Below are positions 51,775-64,000 of a stretch of DNA of 64,000 nucleotides, piece by piece (positions within the stretch are counted from its first letter, which is position 1; the number at the start of each line of letters is the position of its first letter). The DNA is taken from NCBI GenBank assembly GCA_030390025.1, contig CM059432.1, positions 41,852,001 to 41,916,000 on the forward strand, written 5' to 3'. A program made the position numbers and the translations under genes. The DNA comes from Squalus acanthias. Lineage: Eukaryota. Under the pieces are notes generated by a model. The model saw only the letters and a program-made list of their open reading frames with translations, made no database searches and was not told the DNA's origin.

Positions 51775-53832
51775 TGCTCCCTCTCCTCTGAGTTCACTGC
51801 CCTCCTTTCCTCCCTTAATCTCTCCCTTCATGTCAACTCTCCCACCCAGATACATGGCCACCCCCTCGATCTTACCATCTCACATGGCCTTGCTATTCCC
51901 TCCATAACCATTACCGATAAGGCAATCTCCGACCATTTCCTTATATCACTCTCTACCCATATTCCCCTTCCCCATCCTAAACCCACTTCTTTTCGTATCC
52001 ACCCCCGGAAAAAACTCTCCCTCAAGTCCCTTACCACTGCACTTTCTAATTCCCAACTACCTAGCCTTTGGCCTACTAGGCTCCATGACATCTCTGCAGC
52101 TACTGACTTACTAAATCACACCCTCTCCACCACCTTTGATGCCCTTGTCCCCACTAAAATCATTACACGCTCTCACCCTAGTCGTTCCCCCTGGTATACC
52201 CCTCATCTCCGCTCCCTTAAGTCGAAAGGACACAGACTTGAATGTCTTTGGCGGACAACTGGCCTAATCATCCATCACCAAATTTGGCGAGATCAAATAA
52301 ATCGCTACTGGGTCGTGCTCTCCATCACTAAAACCGCCCAATACAGTATTCTAAGATCATCCAGAACGGCAAAATTAACACCATGCTTCTCTTCACCACT
52401 AACCGTTTTCTCAAATCACCCTCCCCTGCAACAATAAATGTGAGGAGCTCCTGGGCTTCTTTGTTAAAAGATTGACAACATCCGTTCAACTGCTTCTGCT
52501 TTCAATTCCCTCTGTCCCCCTAGCCCATCGGATCTTACTTCCTCTCCGTTTTCCCCCTGCTAACACTAAATTTGCATATTTCTCTAGTTTCTCTCCTATC
52601 TACCCCTTTGCCTTTTCAAAGCTCATCTTGTCAATGAGACCGACCTCCTGCTCTCTCGACCCCATTCCTACTAAATTGCTGACAACCCAACTTTCCTTCC
52701 TGGCTCCCATGTTAGCGGATATTATTAACGGTTCTCTCTCCTCCGGTATTGACCCCCTTTCCTTCAAATCTGCTGTCATCACCCCTCTCCTCAAAAAACC
52801 AACCCTCGACCCCTCCGTCCTTGCAAACTATCGCCCCATCTCCAACCTCCCTTTCCTCTCCAAAGTTCTTGATTGTATTGTCGCCTCACAAATCCATGCC
52901 CATCTTTCCCAGAACTCCTTGTTTGAATCCCTCCGATCAAGCTTCCGCCCCTGCCAGAGTACTGAAACTGCTCTTATCAAGGTCACAAATGACATTCTAA
53001 TTGACTGTGACAAAGGTAATCTATCCCTTCTCGTCCTTCTGGACCTGTCTGCAGCCTCTGACACAGTTGACCTCAAAATTCTGCTCCAACGCCTCTCCAC
53101 CGTCATCAAGCTGAATGGGACTGCACTCGCCTGGTTTTGCTCCTATCTTTCCAACCATAACCATAGAATCACCTGCAATGGCTTCTCTTCCTGATCCTGC
53201 ACTGTCACCTCTGCTGTCCCCCAAGGGACTATCCTTTGCCCCCCTCCTATTTCTCATCTACATGCTGCCCTTTGGTGACATCATCCTGAAAAACGTGCGT
53301 TTTCGCATGTACGCTGATGAACCCAGCTCTACTAAGAGAGACCTCTCCTCCACCTCTCTCGAACCCTCCACCATCTCTATACTATCAAACTGCTTGTCCG
53401 ACATCCAGCACTGGATGAGTAGAAATTTCCTCCAATTAAATATCGGGAAGACCATTGTCTTCGGTTCACGGCACAAACTCCATTCCCTTTCCACTGATTC
53501 AATCTCTCTCCCCAGCAACTGTCTAAGGCTGACCAAGTCTGTTTGCAACCTTGGTGTCATATTTGATCGCGAATTGAGCTTCCTACCTCATATCCATTCT
53601 GTCACTAAGACTGCCCATTTCCACCTACGTAATATAGCCCGTCTCCGCCCTTACCTCAACTTATCTGCTGCTGAAACCCTCATCCATGCCTTTATCACCT
53701 CTCGACTTGACTATTCCAATGCACTCCTGGCCGGCCTTCCTAGTTCTACCCTACATAAACTTGAGGTCATCCAAAACTCTGCCGCCCGAGTGCTAACTCG
53801 CACCAAGTCCCGCTCACCCATCTCCCCTGTGC
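51775..53832 (+). mobile_element. L2-clade LINE, degenerate ORF2
   Basis: SCSLDPIPT.LL, NYRPISNLPFLSKVL, STETAL.KVTND, LLDLSAA.DTVD, YAD and LIHAFITSRLDYSNALL motifs. Confidence 0.9.
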
Positions 53833-53848
53833 ATCAGGTGGGTATTAT

Positions 53849-54983
53849 GGCCTTGATTTTGCAGTGGGCTTGCACTAAATCCCGAACTTGCGATCTGTCA
53901 AGGTACGCCTTGACAGACCATCCGCACCGCCTTGGAAATCACAATTGCTGGCACAGAGTTGGGCTATTTGCCCACCAACTGCCCAGCAATTATGTCCGAA
54001 AATTTTATGGTTAGTGAAAGCAGGCGCAGGAGCCTGCTTTCACATCTTAAAAGATCTATGGTCGTACTGGGTATTATAAACTGCTGGTGAAAACTTTACA
54101 GCCCCTCTAATGTAACTAGTTTTTTTTTGGCGTAGTAAACCATCATTAAATATTATCTACAGTATTAATTAAACATCTAGTCAATCATTTACAAACCGTA
54201 AATGCAAAGGTTAACTGATAGCAAGTGCGATCTTTTGGCATGGATCATATAAGACAAGAGGGAAGTGAAACAATTATGAAATTCTCATTGCTGAGATACT
54301 TATTTTGAGTCAGCAATGGAAAAAATGTGGGTAGTGGTAGAACAGCTGCTTCAACAGATGAATTACCATTTGGTTTGCGGAAACTCAGACGGCAGATTCA
54401 CAATTAAGATTGAGGCCAGCGTATGCTGAAGCAACACTCTACGTTTAGGGTTACTATAATGCATCTATAACAAGGAAAATAGATTTATCTATTACCAGTC
54501 TAAATGAGGTCTGAATAATATATTTTAATCCTGAAAATTAACATTGAATATATGGCTGGCAATCTCTTTCTGAAGTTCAACAACATTATTTGTAGGAGAT
54601 ATAAAACATTGTTAGACCTTTACTGAGTATCAAAACAGGAAGTTGTATACATAGGGATGAATAAATTGTGAGTTTGGATGAAAAAATAAAGCAAAATGCT
54701 GATATATGAAATAAGTCAAAGTACCAGTTTAATTAAAAGTTTTTAGAAGCTTTTAAAAGTTTTCAAATGTAATTTCAATGCAAGAGACTGAGAGATGTTT
54801 CTGTGCACGTGGCTTAGTTTTGACATCTTTTGTAGGCATGTCTTCCCTTATGCATAGGCTGTATGCTGCGCTCCTGGCCTCCCTGATGTCATTCTCTGCA
54901 GAGCAGAAGAGCAAGTCTCCATTCTGGGCCTTGCAAAAGGTAAGTACTTATTCTTTTCGTAGGTCGGCGGCAGTTTTTGGCCC
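53849..54983. mobile_element. MITE-like element, about 1.13 kb
   Basis: Imperfect TIRs ggccttgattttgc / gcagtttttggccc; TSD TAT; shares agagttgggctatttgccca with 59607-60323. Confidence 0.7.
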
Positions 54984-55488
54984 TATATCTGTGTCCTAAA
55001 TACGCATACTCTTTTAATGTCTCCAAAGGCAGACTGAGCTAACACTAGGTGAGGCATCATTTGGGAAGATTCCTAAGCTTCTTTATTCCTCAGTAGATGA
55101 AGCATACAGAAAACTGAGTATGATGAAATTCATTTGGTACAATTATTACAATTTCTGTTTGAATATTGTTACAAAAAAAAGAACATGCACTCGACTAACT
55201 CACTTTGGAGAATCTTACCCTAATATAAAAATGATAGCCTCTCTCTCTCTGTCTATTACCTGTCCTGACAATCAGAGCACTGATTACTTCTCCCCCGCAG
55301 CCTTCTAGTGTGCATGTTGATTTTGTGTTAATAGTGTGCTGGTTTAGGGTATACTTCCATTCATTGTTCTTTTACCCAAAATTTTACATTTCTATCTATC
55401 AACACAATAACCATAATACTGTGCCTTTCAATGATTAGGATGCAGATCTAAAATTGGTACTATGCATCGCTGTTCAGATAACGTACTA

Positions 55489-55623
<135 letters not shown>

Positions 55624-55974
55624 TCAAACCAAAATAGCACATACAAGTCAAACTTCTGTGGCATTGCATATGGGTGTCAAGATCCAGTTTACTCTTCAGG
55701 TGAAGAGGGGTTACAGGGCAGGGTTAACTGGAATACAGTACACAAACATAATTCAGTCTCCATTTTAAAGTTACAAATTGTCTCCTTATTTTTATATACT
55801 TTGATTTTATATTATTATTTATAGTAAATAGAAAAGCTTAGGGCAATTTGGGAAGCTGAGAAGTAGAGTTGGTTGGAACATGGGAGTTTCTCTATGGTAC
55901 AGACCAAAGAGCTGGGGTATAAGAGCTGAGGTGCTACAGTGCTGCCACTGGTGTGAGATACAACTATAGCACAG

Positions 55975-56418
55975 TGTCAGCTGTGGCTCAGTTGGTAGTA
56001 CACTCGCCTCTGAGTCAGAAAGGTTGTGGGTTCATAGTCCCACTCCAGGGACTTGAGCACATAAAGCTAGGCTGACACTCCAGTGCAGTGCTGTTGGAGG
56101 TGCCGTCTTTCGGATGAGATGTTAAACTGAGACCCCGTCTGCCCTCTCAGGTGGATGTAAAAGATCCCAAGGCACTATCTCAAAAAAGAGCAGGGGAGAT
56201 ATCCCTGGTGTCCTAGCCAATATTTATCCCTCAACCAACATAACAAAAACAGATTATTGCATTGCTGTTTGTGGGACCTTGCTGTGCACAAATTGGCTGC
56301 TGTGTTTCCCACATTACAACAGTGACTCCACTTCAAATAGTACTTCATTGGCTGTAAAGCGCTTTGAGACATCTGGTAGTCATGAAAGGCGCTATATAAA
56401 TGCAAGTCTTTTTTTTTA
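55975..56418 (+). mobile_element. Deu-domain tRNA SINE
   Basis: tggctcagttgg A-box, gggttcatagtcc B-box, ggtgccgtctttcggatgaga core, tail ggcgctatataaatgcaagtc(T)n. Confidence 0.85.
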
Positions 56419-57513
56419 GCATGACAATTCTATATAGGTAGTTTCCATTATAAATGTGGAGATGTAAATTTATAATAGGAAAAAGTTGGCAAAAAATATG
56501 ACAACAGCAAGAGAGGTTTTGTAGACAAGAAATATGCCCAGACATAAGACTCTTATTATATTACTACTGTAGTTGAGTTCCTGTTGCATTGCACACAGGG
56601 GCGGGGGTCAAAGCCAAGTGTAGACTTTAGGTGAAGTGGGGCTATAGAGCAGGGGATAATTGGATCAAGCATACAGACGTAATTCAGTTACCATTTTAAA
56701 GTCATTCATTCTCTCCTAATTTTTATATTTCCATTATAAATTTGTATCTCCGCATTCAATATTGGAAACTGCCTATGTAAAGCCTATGCTGTAATTACAC
56801 TCTTCCACCAGTGGGGGCAATGCCAGCTCCTCTGACTCTACAACCCTTCCTGAACTCTTCATTACTCAAAATTTGGCTTTCTATACACCCCCTGTCCCTT
56901 CACCCTATTATTTGAAGCTGATCCTTCAGTCATCTTGGTTTTCTTCTCTGCAACTCCCTCCCTAAATCTTTCCCCACCTTTAAAAACCTTCTCAAAACCC
57001 ATCTCTTTAACCAAGCTTTTGGTACACCTCCTGATTTCTCATCCTGGCTTGGCCAGCAACTTTCATAGTCATTTTTCTGGTGCTAGCCAAATTTCACAAT
57101 TTGTCATGGTGGGATCCGAACTCATGACTCCTCAATAGCTAGCCCAGCACCATCATCAATAGGCTAATCTGTGACGTGCATTCTTTATGTTAAAGGTATA
57201 TAAACGTAACTTGCTATAATCTTAAAAAAAAATTCGATAAGCTAAAATTTAAAACAAACAGCTCCCTTAAGTCCTGTAAAATCTTTCTAAAATCACAGTA
57301 TCTACAGTACAATGGGGGATCAGCCAGGTGTTATTCTGCAGGCATTAGTTTTTCCAGCCTGTCTTTCTCAAAGTGCTCAAATAATCTGGCTGATTTAGGT
57401 AGTGGAGCAGAGTTTTAACATCAGACATAGTTGTCAGGCTCTCTAGTTTTCCAGTATAAACATTATAATTTCTTACAATAAATTCAAATTTTCAAGGATT
57501 ATCTTGGATTTAA

Positions 57514-59544
57514 ACATAGAAGATAGGATAGGAGCAGGAGTAGGCCATTCGGCCCCTCGAGCCTGCTCCGCCATTCAATGAGATCATGGCTGATCATCCA
57601 AACTCAGTACCCTGTACCTGCCTTCACCCCATATCCCTTGATACCTTTAGCTTTAAGAAATATATCTAACTCATTCTTGAATATATTTAATGACTTGGCC
57701 TCAACTACCTTCTGTGGTAGAGAATTCCACAGGTTCACCACTCTCTGGGTGAAGAAATTCTTCCTCATTTCTGTCCTAAATGGCTTACCCCTTATCCTTA
57801 GATTATGACCCCTGGTTCTGGACTCTCCGACCATCGGGAACATTCTTCCTGCATCTAGTTTGTCCAGACCTGTCAGAATTTTATATGTTTCGATGAGATC
57901 CCCTCTCATTCTTCTATACTCCAGCGAGTATAAGCCCAATCGACCCAATCTCTCCTCATATGTCATTCCTGCCATCCCAGGTATCAGCCTTGTGAATTTT
58001 CGCTGAACTCCTTCCATGGCAAGAACATCCTTCCTCAGATAAGGCGACCAAAACTGCACACAGTACTCAAGGTGTGGTCTCACCAAGACCCTGTACAACT
58101 GCAGCAGGACATCCCTGTTCCTATACTCAAACCCTTTCACTATGAAGGCCAACATACCATTTGCCTTCTTCACCGCCTGCTGCACCTGCATGCTTACCTT
58201 CAGCGACTGGTGCACAAGGACACCCAGGTCTCGTTGCACTTCCCCTTCTCCCAATCTATTGCCATTCAGATAATAGTCTGCCTTTCTGTTTTTGACACCA
58301 AAGTGGATAACCTCGCATTTATCCACGTTATATTGCATCTGCCACGCTTCTGCCCACTCACCCAACCTGTCCAAATCATCCTGGAGTTTCTCGGTATCCT
58401 CCTCGCAGCACACACGCCCACCCAGCTTTGTGTCATCTGCAAACTTGGAGATATTACATTTAGTTCCCTTATCCAGATCATTAATGTATATTGTGAATAG
58501 CTGGGGTCCAAGGACCGAACCCTGCGGTACCCCACTAGTCACTGCCTGCCACTCGGAAAAAGACCCATTAATTCCTACTCTCTGCTTTCTGTCCGCCAAC
58601 CAGTTCTCTATCCAAGTCAATACCTTGCCCCCAATCCCATGTGCCTTAACTTTACACGCTAATCTCTTATGCGGGACCTTATCGAAAGCCTTTTAAAAGT
58701 CCAAATACACCACATCTACTGGTTCTCCCTTATCTATTTTCCCAGTTACATCCTCAAAAAATTCCAGTAGATTAGTCAAGCACGATTTACCTTTTGTAAA
58801 TCCATGTTGACTTTGTCCGATCCTGTCACTATTTTTCAAGTGCTCAGCTATTACATCCTTTATAATGGACTCTAGCATTTTCCCCACTACCGATGTCAGG
58901 CTTACCGGTCTGTAAGTCCCCGCTTTCTCTCTACCACCCTTTTTGAATAGTGGGGTAACATTAGCTACCCTCCAATCCATGGGTACAGTTCCAGATTCCA
59001 TCGAATGTTGGAAGATGATCAGCAATGCATCTACTATTTCTAGGGCCACTTCCTTAAGTACCCTAGGATGTAGATTATCAGGCCCTGGGGATTTATCGGC
59101 CTTCAATCCCGTCAATTTCCCTAACACCATTTCCCTGCAAATACTGATTTCTTTCAGTTCTTCCCTTTCATCAGACCCTATGTTCTCCAACATCACCGGG
59201 AGGTTATTTGTGTCCTCCTTTGTGAAGACAGAACCAAAATATGCATTTAATTGGTCTGCCATTTCTTTGTTCCCCATTATAACTTCCCCCGCTTCTGACT
59301 GCAAGGGACCTACACTTGATTTCACTAATCTTTTTCTCTTCACATATCTATAAAAGCTCTTACAGTCAGTTTTTACATTCCCTGCAAGCTTACTTTCATA
59401 TTCTATTTTCCCCTTCTTAATTAATCCCTTTGTCCTCCTTTGTTGAATCCTAAACTGCTCCCAATCCTCAGGGTTACTGCTTTTTCTGGCCAATTTATCC
59501 ACGTTATATTGCATCTGCCACGCTTCTGCCCACTCACCCAACCT
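57514..59544 (-). mobile_element. Young 5'-truncated CR1 LINE; RT frame open except for one stop
   Basis: ORFs 58693-59541 and 57604-58620 are in the same frame, separated by a single TAA in DF*KAFD. Confidence 0.93.
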
Positions 59545-59606
59545 TATTGCTTACTTGCAAGTGGAATTACGCACTCTTTCGATTGAAAAGTGAACACAAA
59601 CACAAT

Positions 59607-60323
59607 GGGCTGAAATTTGCAGCCCCTACGGGTGGTAAAAGGTGTGTACATGCCCATAAGGGCCTCGCAAGTTTTGGGTTTAGGCATGCGCATGCGCAAA
59701 TTTTCTTGACAGAGCCTCCGCATCCCCAGGAAAAGGGCATCCGTGGCCGGAGAGTTGGGCTATTTGCCCAACTTCTACACAGCGAATGCCCGGGAAAATC
59801 TTATGCCTGGTAAGACCTGCTTTTACCAGCGTAAGAGTTTTAAGAAACAGAAAAATAAAACTTTTTCAATAATTTATACATTTAAAAACCTGTGAAATAA
59901 GGTAAGTTTATTTTTAGCCCCTTTAAAACATGTAAATTTATTTTTCAAAAAATTAAATTTTTGGTTTAAATATTTAATGAAATGCCATTTTAATTAATTT
60001 TAAATATGTGATTTATTAAAATTTATTTAAAGTGTATAGGTATTTTTGGGGGTATTCCCATTCATACTTATGGGTTTCCATACATACGGAATTCCCATAA
60101 GCAAGAATGGGGATCCCCCTGGTCATTCGTTGGGCCGGCCCATGTGATCCTAGGGGCACTTGCGAACCGCATGCACCCCTGGGATACGTGGGCCTCTACA
60201 CATGTCTACGCATAGAGGCCCAGGAGCGCGAGTCTCCGCGGATCCCAAGGCAGAAAGTTTGTCGATTTTTTGCCAGTCAGAGGTATCCGCCCGCAGGAAG
60301 CCTCTGACCGCAAATTCAGGCCC
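59607..60323. mobile_element. MITE (Harbinger-type), 717 bp
   Basis: TIRs gggctgaaatttgc / gcaaattcaggccc; TSD AAT; AT-rich core similar to 17838-18602. Confidence 0.85.
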
Positions 60324-60443
60324 AATGTGTGGGCATTTCACAGTTCTACCTTCCTATGTTGTTTATTTTTGCTGTTGGTGTTTTCCTGCAAGAAACAGAA
60401 AACAGTAAGAAATTGAGTACAAGACTAATAAGGGGCACTAACA

Positions 60444-61023
60444 GAAAGAAGGACTTGCATTTATATAGCACCTTTCACGACCTCAGGACATCCCAAAGCG
60501 TTTTATAGACAATGAAGTGCTTTTGAAGTGTAGTCACTGTTGTAATGTAGGAAACACGGCAACCAATGTGTACACAGCAAGGTCTCACAAAACAACAATA
60601 ATGATTCCGACGAAGGGTTTCGACCTGAAACGTTAACTCTGTTTCTCTCTCCACGGATGTTGCCTGGCCTGCTGAGTTTTTTCCAGCGTTTTCTGTTGTT
60701 ATTTCGGATTTCCAGCATCTGCAGTATTTTGCTATCACAGCAATAATGATAATGACCAGATAATCTGTTTTTCTAGTGATGTTGGTTGAGGGGTAAATGT
60801 TGGCTAGGACACCGGGTTCTTCTTCGAATAGTGCAATGGGATCTTTTACATCCACCTGAGAGGGCAGACAGGACTTTGGTTTAAAGTCTAAAAGTCAGCA
60901 CACCTCTGGTAGTACTGCACTGGAGTGTCAGCCTAGATTTTATGCTCAAGTCTCTGTGGAGTGGGACTTGAACCCACAGTCTTGAGTCAGATGAGAGTGC
61001 TACCAACTGAGCCATGGCTGACA
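60444..61023 (-). mobile_element. Deu-SINE with a nested Penelope terminal fragment (about 60606-60736, +)
   Basis: SINE head at 60960-61023; the insert is flanked by the near-duplication aca(a/g)caataatgat. Confidence 0.8.
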
Positions 61024-61229
61024 ATGGCAACAGATGATTTGAATCCCTGCTTATGGTAGCCAGTCATGTCTCTGCAGCTTCTGGGTCCTCATAAAAGCAC
61101 GTCTAATAAACCAAACTGTAACTGAGTTTTAAGTGCCGCGTGGGCACACTCTAGCTGTGCACTGACTCGAAGTTGCTTTGGACAGCAGCAGCTTCCCCAC
61201 ACACGTCTGACAATCTTTTAATCTTTTAC

Positions 61230-62420
61230 CCACCATCGCTACTTGTCTGCTGCTGGGCACCACACCGCGCGCATGTCACCTGGGAAATATCAAAATACTG
61301 TTTCTTTGTGCAACTCTGAACTGTTTGGAAAGGCATCGAAATGGTGTCGGAGCGGATCAGGGGCTGGAGTAGCGCCAGCACCACCACCGGGCCCCAGAGT
61401 AACTGCAGCGTCCCAGTCGCCATGGTCTGAGCCAACCGACCCTTCCCAACTACCCTCCCACAATCCTCCGGGCCCCGGCAGGTCCTAGCTGCTGCGCGAT
61501 TCACAATATTTGCTTTTTTTTAAAAAAACTCATTCCAGCGCCATTCCAAAACATGTCAGCGAGTATTTGAGTTGAGGTAAACGATGTTATAGGATTTTTA
61601 AAGCTCGGATAATCGTCCGCTCAGTGTTTAAAGATTATATGATTTATTCAATTTAAAATATAAAGCTGGCAGGACCCCGTTTTCCGCCCCACTCCTCCCG
61701 GCGAGCGCTGCTACGGAAGCTCCATCGTGTCGGTGGCCAGGCTGCGAGAGAGCGGAGAGGGTCGGGTACGGACTCGCTTCTCCCTGCTTCTATCGCTCTT
61801 TAACCCTTCTCTCTCTCTCTCCTTACTCAGAGTGGCTATTCAGGCCAAGTGAAATGCTAGGCCGAGTCGTGTGGGAAGCTGCGGGAGTGTGAGTGTGATG
61901 AGGCGCTCGGGGTTTCCCGGAGCTCTGTGGGTGTAGCCGGGCCGGTGGTGGTGGCGGCCGCCGCCGCCGCCACCTCTTTGGATCGAAGACGTGTGATGGT
62001 GAAGTGCGAGGCTCCAGGAGCTGCGGTGTGTCGGGGTTTTTCGCGGCAACGCTCTCCACCGCGATACTCTTCTTGCCGTTGGATTTTGCGCAGTGTTGTA
62101 GCCCAGTGATAGTCACCGCAGAGTGATGTGTGGTCCATGAGGGTGAAGCTGGGTTTTGTAAAGGTGCCCGTGTGTATGCGCCCGATTCTCCCCACCCAAC
62201 CCATACACTCGGGTTTCATTCTTACAGACGTTACCCCCGCCCCTCCCCGGTTGGAGTTGAATTGGACTTTGGACTCACTTGCCTCAGCAAACGTGATCTG
62301 TATTTATGAAAGGAATGACTACAAATTTGGCGGGGGGCGGGGGGGGGCCAAGTGACATTTTACGCGAGGGACGGTTGAACTATAGGTTTGTTTCTTCGGC
62401 CGATCAGATCGTGTCAGTTT
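61230..62420. promoter_or_regulatory. CpG-rich promoter region of TMEM67, possibly bidirectional
   Basis: High CpG density without recognisable TE motifs, spanning exon 1; GC boxes (ccgcccc at 61684, ggggcgg near 62334), a (GCC)n run near 61957 and a (CT)n run near 61808. Confidence 0.7.
61234..61423 (-). CDS. TMEM67: TMEM67 (meckelin) coding exon 1: signal peptide and start of cysteine-rich domain
   Basis: ATG at 61423 (ACCATGG Kozak context). Encodes MATGTLQLLWGPVVVLALLQPLIRSDTISMPFQTVQSCTKKQYFDISQVTCARCGAQQQTSSD-G, resembling the meckelin N-terminus (PFQ...C...QYFDIS...C..CG.Q). Phase-1 donor G|gtgggt. Confidence 0.93.
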
Positions 62421-63384
62421 GAACAGTGACCGATAAGGTAGTCAAAAAAAGCACTTCATTACTTATCAACGGAGCTGCCAGTGTGGTTTTCTTGCAAATT
62501 TTCCAACCAAATGATTGTTACCTGGATCATAAATTGTCTTTTAGAGGAAGAGGCACCATTGCACATTGAATTACATCGTCTTCTGGCCTTTTGGCAATTC
62601 AACTTCTAATGACTGAAAGGAATGTGAACGTTTGGAGCTCTAATTTTACAGTCCGGATTTTGAATTGTCAAGCCGATGTATCGTTTCTGCTTTACTTCCT
62701 TTTTATCATCTACTGCTTTACCCGGCGCTAAGCTCTGGAATTCCCTCCCTAAACCTCTGCGCCCCCCGGCCCCCCCCCCTTAAGATGCTCCTTAAAACCT
62801 ACCTCTTTGACCAAGCTTTTGGTCATATGCCCTAATATCTCCTTATGTGGCTTGGTGTCAAATTTTGTTTAATAATGCTCCTGTGAAGCGCCTTGAGATG
62901 TTTTATATTAAAGGCGCTATATAAATGCAAGTTGTTTCGGAAGAGTTTCGTGCTTGTATCCGATTTCCACTTGTTTCTGTTAACATTTGGGTTTTGTTTT
63001 GAGTGAACATTCATTATTATGCCTAGACCAGATGAACTATGAGTTTAACATCTTTGAAGATGTTTATCAACTTCTAAAGAAGCACTTTGCAAATTATGTT
63101 ATCATGGGCAACATATATATGTGGGGAACTCATGTTCTTCAATTTGGCAAAACTGTGTCTCACGTGGATGGAAGATTTTTTTTTTTCATTCTCCCATAAA
63201 GGAAAAAGACCACATCGGTTTAAAAATATTTGTTAGGACTAGGTGGCACCACCAAAGCTTGCAAAAAAAAATACAAAACAACATAAGAGGCCCCTATCAC
63301 ATTTTTTATCCACACTTTTTGTTTGGCCTTTTTTTCTTCCCTCCCACATGGCAGCTGTCCTTCATTCTGCCAGCGCAATTCACA

Positions 63385-63712
63385 CTTCATCTAGAGCCAT
63401 CCTTTGTTCCTTAACCTGTCACATTACCACCTCCTCTTGCCTTGAATATCTCTTAATGTCTCTTAATCTCTCCTGCTTTCTATCCTATCACTGACCTTCC
63501 CTTTTGTTCTTTCATCCCCTCCCCCATTTCCCAGCCCCTAAACCTGCTTTAAAATCTATTCCATTTCCTGCTTTTTTCCAGTTCTGAGGAAAGGTCTTTG
63601 ACCTGAAACGTTAACTCTGTTTCTCTCTCCACGGATGCTGCCTGGCCTGCTGAGTTTTTCCAGCTTTTTCTGTTATTTCGGATTTCCAGCATCCGCAGTA
63701 TTTTGCTATTGT
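63385..63712 (+). mobile_element. Second-family Penelope pseudo-LTR fragment with an intact hammerhead-like motif
   Basis: Collinear with 43090-43390. Confidence 0.72.
63580..63616 (+). ncRNA. Minimal type I hammerhead ribozyme motif
   Basis: AGTT-CTGAGGA-A-AGGTC-TTT-GACCT-GAAA-CG-TT-AACT: helix I, core, helix II, GAAA and palindromic helix III. Confidence 0.65.
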
Positions 63713-64000
63713 AGGCTAATTATCTTGATGTGTTCAGTCAATCCAGATTTCTTTTGAATTTTAAATTGGTTTTGGTAATACAGTTTTAATACGAAATGTG
63801 TGAACACATCCAAGAATTTGCTCTATTAAAATGTTTCTAATCTATATAAGGTTTGTTCAATTCCAGTTGGTTGAAATTCTTCTTTTGAGAATCCCAACAT
63901 TATCTTGATTCTAATTGCTTGTTACAGGTTTGACCTTGTTCAATTATTTTTTTGCAGTCTGTAAAGTTGGTTTTAACACTTGTCCGAGTGGTCTTCTGCT

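Noticed and set aside
55975..56050. tRNA genes here and at about 2650-2720, 14900-14969, 36270-36347 and 60960-61023
   Set aside because: Each continues into a SINE body and tail; none forms a clean cloverleaf.
61424..61504. N-terminal extension of the exon 1 ORF in the ORF track
   Set aside because: Starts at a non-ATG codon; the ATG at 61423 has a strong Kozak context and directly precedes the signal peptide.

Overview
Vertebrate genomic DNA, most likely a shark or other cartilaginous fish (inferred from HE1-type V-SINE, Deu-domain SINE, CR1 and Penelope content). The only host coding gene I can support is TMEM67 (meckelin/MKS3) on the minus strand. Coding exons 1-7 lie at 61423-61234, 55595-55504, 37319-37223, 18944-18845, 12793-12727, 12345-12271 and 1020-958. 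All have GT-AG boundaries and splice in phase to 684 nt / 228 aa (signal peptide plus cysteine-rich ectodomain); the gene continues past the left edge. A CpG-rich, probably bidirectional promoter lies at about 61.2-62.4 kb. The introns (up to about 18 kb) are mostly nested transposable elements: CR1, L2, RTE, a tRNA-headed APE-RT LINE, SINEs and a 1.66-kb solo LTR. Two element systems stand out. (1) A PIF/Harbinger system: a DDE transposase, a spliced three-exon Myb/SANT partner gene, and 7 two-ended MITEs with relaxed 3-bp TSDs. (2) Two Penelope-like families carrying minimal hammerhead-ribozyme motifs with compensatory base changes, including a perfect 122-bp-arm hairpin insertion in TMEM67 intron 3. 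All family names come from motif recognition; no database search was run.
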